A stretch of 19,074 nucleotides of DNA from Candidatus Woesearchaeota archaeon (GTDB lineage: Archaea > Nanobdellota > Nanobdellia > Pacearchaeales > GW2011-AR1). The position numbers were made by a program, and so were the translations under genes. Position 1 is the stretch's first letter. Every line of letters begins with the position of its first letter. This document shows, piece by piece, positions 15,726 through 19,074 of this stretch. The stretch is from the NCBI GenBank assembly GCA_964530955.1, contig CAZHCL010000015.1, positions 1 through 19,074 of the forward strand, written 5' to 3'. Below the pieces are notes generated by a model, which made no database searches, had not been told where the DNA came from, and saw nothing but the letters and a program-made list of their open reading frames with translations.

Positions 15726-17183
15726 ATGGCAGAAACGAAAGGCAGTGCTGACTATAATAAAATTGGCTTCAAGTCAGGTTTGGAGATACATCAACAGCTT
15801 GACACTGGAAAACTATTCTGCAAATGCCCCGGATATCTAAGAAGTGATGAGCCTAACTTCACTATAATGCGAAAACTCCATAAAGTGGCAGGAGAAAGCG
15901 GAGAAGTTGATGTTGCAGTCAAGCATGAAGCCTCATTAGACAGAGAATTTGTTTATCAGGGTTATAAAGACACTACTTGTTTAATTGAAATTGATGAGGA
16001 GCCTCCAAAAGAAATCAATGAATCGGCTCTTAACGAAGCAATAAGAATTTCCCTTCTACTAAACTGCTCAATTTATCCCGTAACACAGATAATGAGGAAG
16101 ACAGTAATTGACGGAAGCAATACCTCTGGTTTTCAAAGAACAACTCTTATAGCACATGGAGGTTATATAGAAACAAGTTTTGGAAAAGTTCCAGTAACCA
16201 CCCTTGCACTTGAAGAAGATTCTGCAAGAATTGTAAGCGAAAATGAAAAAAAAGCAATCTATAGACTTGACAGACTTGGAATTCCCCTTGTTGAAATAAG
16301 AACAGACCCAGTTATGAAAAATCCTGAACAAGTAAAGGAAGCTGCTTTGAAGATTGGAGAAATACTAAGAGCATGCAAAGTCAAAAGAGGAATAGGAACA
16401 ATAAGACAGGATGTAAACGTTTCTGTGAAAGGCCATGACAGAGTTGAAATTAAAGGATTTCAGGACCCTAAAATGATGGTTGCAACAATCAACAAAGAGA
16501 TTGAAAGGCAATTATCTGAAGTAAAAGAAGGGAAAAAGCAAGGCTCTGTAAGAAAAGCGCTTGAAGATGGAAGCACAAAGTTTGAAAGACCTATTCCAGG
16601 GGAAGCAAGAATGTACCCTGAGACAGATTTACCACTTCTAAAAATAGGAAGAGACAAAATAAACGAACTCAAGAAGAATCTTCCAAAACTAAGAAATGAA
16701 ATAAGAGACGAGCTAAAAAAGAAAGGCCTTAGTGATGAATTAATTAATCTTGTTCTTGATGGTAATCTTGATGAATTTGAAGTTCTTTTAAGAGCGTACA
16801 GCAAAGATGCAAACCTTGTTGCAAAAATGGTTGCTCTTTGGAGAGCAGAATTCTCTTCAAAATTGAAGAAAAGCATTGAAGAAATAAAAAACATCCTTAC
16901 AGAAAGAGTTCTTGAAACGGTTTTGCTTCAATTTGCAGCAGGAAATATAAAAGAAGGAGACATAAAACCTATTTTATTCAAAATAGCCTCTGGAGAGAGC
17001 GTAGAAAAAGCACTAATAGTTGAAAAAGGAGATGATAATAAATTAGAAGAAGAAATATCTAAAATCATCAAGGAAAAACCAGGAATGAGAGCAAATGCAT
17101 ATATGGGATTAGTAATCCAAAAGCTCGGAGCAAATGTAGATAAAAGAAAAGCAATGGAAATTCTAAACAAACTAGTAAAATAA
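15726..17183 (+). CDS. gatE: Glutamyl-tRNA(Gln) amidotransferase subunit E, short form without the AspRS-like (GAD) insertion
   Basis: GLEIHQQLDTGKLFC.CP, IDEEPP, MRKTVIDGSNTSGFQRT, LEED, LDRLGIPLVEI, GIGTIRQDVNVS and RP.PG.ARMYPETD; 485 aa. Confidence 0.95.
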   Translation: MAETKGSADYNKIGFKSGLEIHQQLDTGKLFCKCPGYLRSDEPNFTIMRKLHKVAGESGEVDVAVKHEASLDREFVYQGYKDTTCLIEIDEEPPKEINESALNEAIRISLLLNCSIYPVTQIMRKTVIDGSNTSGFQRTTLIAHGGYIETSFGKVPVTTLALEEDSARIVSENEKKAIYRLDRLGIPLVEIRTDPVMKNPEQVKEAALKIGEILRACKVKRGIGTIRQDVNVSVKGHDRVEIKGFQDPKMMVATINKEIERQLSEVKEGKKQGSVRKALEDGSTKFERPIPGEARMYPETDLPLLKIGRDKINELKKNLPKLRNEIRDELKKKGLSDELINLVLDGNLDEFEVLLRAYSKDANLVAKMVALWRAEFSSKLKKSIEEIKNILTERVLETVLLQFAAGNIKEGDIKPILFKIASGESVEKALIVEKGDDNKLEEEISKIIKEKPGMRANAYMGLVIQKLGANVDKRKAMEILNKLVK

Positions 17184-17184
17184 T

Positions 17185-17598
17185 ATGAAAAGAAAAGTTC
17201 TTTATATCTCAATTATTGCAGCAATCCTTATTTTGGGACTTATAATTGCAAGATTTTCCGTAGGCGGAGGAGAAGACAACTGGGTAAAGGATGATAAAGG
17301 AATCTGGGTAAAGCATGGAAATCCTTCCATAAATCCAAATTATGTAAATCTGCAGAGAGAAGGGCTTGTCTGCGCATTTACATTATACAAAATAGCAAAG
17401 AATGATGGAATAGTATTTGATTCACAATGCCTCGGAAGATGCGGAGACTACGCAGTAGATATAGTTCACAATCCAAGAATAGCAGAAGATGACCTTGCAG
17501 AAAACCAGTGCAATGATGTTATCGAAAAGCGAATAGTCAACTTTATCGAACTCGACAAAGATGAAAATATAGTAAGAGTCGTTGATAGCAATAATTAA
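17185..17598 (+). CDS. Membrane-anchored or secreted Cys-containing hypothetical protein
   Basis: N-terminal hydrophobic anchor, EDNW...WVKHGNP motif and four Cys. Starts 1 nt after the gatE stop. Confidence 0.8.
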   Translation: MKRKVLYISIIAAILILGLIIARFSVGGGEDNWVKDDKGIWVKHGNPSINPNYVNLQREGLVCAFTLYKIAKNDGIVFDSQCLGRCGDYAVDIVHNPRIAEDDLAENQCNDVIEKRIVNFIELDKDENIVRVVDSNN

Positions 17599-17622
17599 AA
17601 ACACCCTTTTTCTGGATAAAGT

Positions 17623-18924
17623 ATGGTAGATTTCGCTAAACTCAACAAAGAAAGAGCGAAGATAGGCTCTTTGACTGAGAAGGATGACGGAAAGAAAGTC
17701 ACAGTAGCGGGCTGGCTTTACGATGACAGAGACCTAGGAAAAGTAAAGTTCATTGTTCTAAGAGATATAACTGGAGAAATTCAGATAACTGGAATTAAGG
17801 GAGAGACAAGTCCTGAAGTTTTCAAGAAAATGAAAGCCCAAAGAGAGAGCGTATTCATCGTTTCAGGAACAGTAAAAAAGAATGACCGTGCTCCAGGAAA
17901 AAGAGAAATAGCACCAGAAGAGATTGAAGTTCTTGCTGAATCAGAACATCCGTTGCCTATCGACGTTACAGACTTTTCAAAAACAGAACTTCCAAAAAGA
18001 CTTGATTTCAGATTCTTAGATTTCCATAGAAGAAAAATTCAAGCAGTATTCAAAATACAATCAGCAATATCGAATGCATTTAGAGAGCATTTCTATAACA
18101 AAGGATACATCGAGTTACAGCCGCCTTGCATTATAAGTGCTGCTTCTGAAGGAGGAACAGAGCTTTTCCCTGTCCAGTATTTTGAGCAAAAAGCATATCT
18201 AGCTCAAAGTCCACAATTATACAAGCAAATGTTGGCTTGCTCGATGGAAAAGACATATATGATTACACCTGTATGGAGAGCAGAGAAGCACAATACTCCA
18301 AGACATATTAATGAAATAAGACAAATGGATATTGAAGTTGCCTTCCTAGACCAAATGGGGATAATGAAAGAGCAGGAAGAAGTGGTCAAATACATAGTAA
18401 AAAAAGTTATGGAACAATGTAAAGTAGAACTTGACCTCCTAGGAATCAAATTAAAAGTTCCAGAAGCAGTTTACCTAAACTATGAGGATGCAATAAAAAA
18501 AGTAGGAGGCAAAATAGGAGAGGATTTCACACCAGAGCAAGAAAGAAAGCTATGTGCAATGTATCCTGGAGACCTTGTTTTTACATATTCCTGGCCTGCC
18601 TCAATCAAACCATTCTATATAATGCCAAAAGACGGCAAAAAAGACGCTAAAGTAAGCGAAGGATTCGACGCTCTTTATGGAGGAGTTGAAATATCCTCGG
18701 GTGGACAAAGAATTCATATCCCAGAATTACTAATAGAAAGAATAAAATCTAAAGGTCTTAATCCTAAGAACTTTGAATCTTACATAAACAGCTTTCGATA
18801 CGGAAGCCCACCTCACTCAGGATGGTCGATAGGATTAGAAAGAATAACCCAAATTATATGTGGATTAGACAATGTAAAAGAAGCAACAATGTTCCCAAGA
18901 GACAGAGATAGACTTACTCCTTAA
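17623..18924 (+). CDS. aspS: Aspartyl-tRNA synthetase, archaeal type, probably non-discriminating (Asp/Asn)
   Basis: OB-fold N-terminus, AYLAQSPQLYKQ, motif 2 WRAEKHNTPRHINE, EISSGGQR and motif 3 PPHSGWSIGLER; 433 aa. Confidence 0.96.
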   Translation: MVDFAKLNKERAKIGSLTEKDDGKKVTVAGWLYDDRDLGKVKFIVLRDITGEIQITGIKGETSPEVFKKMKAQRESVFIVSGTVKKNDRAPGKREIAPEEIEVLAESEHPLPIDVTDFSKTELPKRLDFRFLDFHRRKIQAVFKIQSAISNAFREHFYNKGYIELQPPCIISAASEGGTELFPVQYFEQKAYLAQSPQLYKQMLACSMEKTYMITPVWRAEKHNTPRHINEIRQMDIEVAFLDQMGIMKEQEEVVKYIVKKVMEQCKVELDLLGIKLKVPEAVYLNYEDAIKKVGGKIGEDFTPEQERKLCAMYPGDLVFTYSWPASIKPFYIMPKDGKKDAKVSEGFDALYGGVEISSGGQRIHIPELLIERIKSKGLNPKNFESYINSFRYGSPPHSGWSIGLERITQIICGLDNVKEATMFPRDRDRLTP

Positions 18925-18945
18925 GTAAAAATATTAAAATATATA

Positions 18946-19074
18946 TCAGTCAGAAGGCATATTTATTTTTCTTTGAGAATCAAGAGAACTAAGTGCTTGT
19001 CTTGCCTCAATAGGATTTTGCTTGCAGATATTGAATATGTTTAACATTTTTTCAATTATCTCTTCAAAAGTTTC
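18946..19074 (-). CDS. C-terminal part of a second RHH-like small protein, paralog of 6393-6614 (5'-truncated)
   Basis: Manual translation gives ETFEEIIEKMLNIFNICKQNPIEARQALSSLDSQRKINMPSD*, which aligns with ESYDELLQKVLEVLNICRLNPERARSRLIMIDKERKMNIK. Confidence 0.8.
   Translation of the reverse strand, partial: ETFEEIIEKMLNIFNICKQNPIEARQALSSLDSQRKINMPSD

Noticed and set aside
1-19074. CRISPR array, IS element or diversity-generating retroelement
   Set aside because: No regularly spaced repeats, transposase, reverse transcriptase or template/variable repeat pair was seen by eye.

Overview
This is a densely packed, AT-rich archaeal chromosome segment. The inferred source is a DPANN archaeon, most likely Pacearchaeota-like, based on TATA/BRE promoters, archaeal EF-2, GatE, Pop5, archaeal-type AspRS and class III signal-peptide genes. 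From left to right it holds two pilin-like genes, RNase P protein Pop5/Rpp14, an enoyl-CoA hydratase, EF-2, a hypothetical, class I FBP aldolase, a small RHH-like regulator divergent from an S-layer-like surface protein, and a hypothetical. It continues with Smc, chorismate mutase, RNase HII, an O6-alkylguanine alkyltransferase, an EamA transporter, initiator tRNA-Met, a CDP-alcohol phosphatidyltransferase, an orphan nucleotidyltransferase, GatE, a membrane-anchored hypothetical, AspRS and a partial second RHH-like paralog. No CRISPR, transposase or integrase was seen. The main finding is an Smc with canonical condensin-type ATPase heads but no hinge domain; a Rad50-like CxxC zinc hook sits at the midpoint of the coiled coil. 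Other findings are a GatE lacking its AspRS-like insertion next to a probably non-discriminating AspRS, an EF-2 with altered GTPase motifs, an initiator tRNA with A29-U41 and C33, a recurrent 29-nt TATA-to-ATG spacing suggesting leaderless mRNAs, and several candidate operators or structured intergenic elements.
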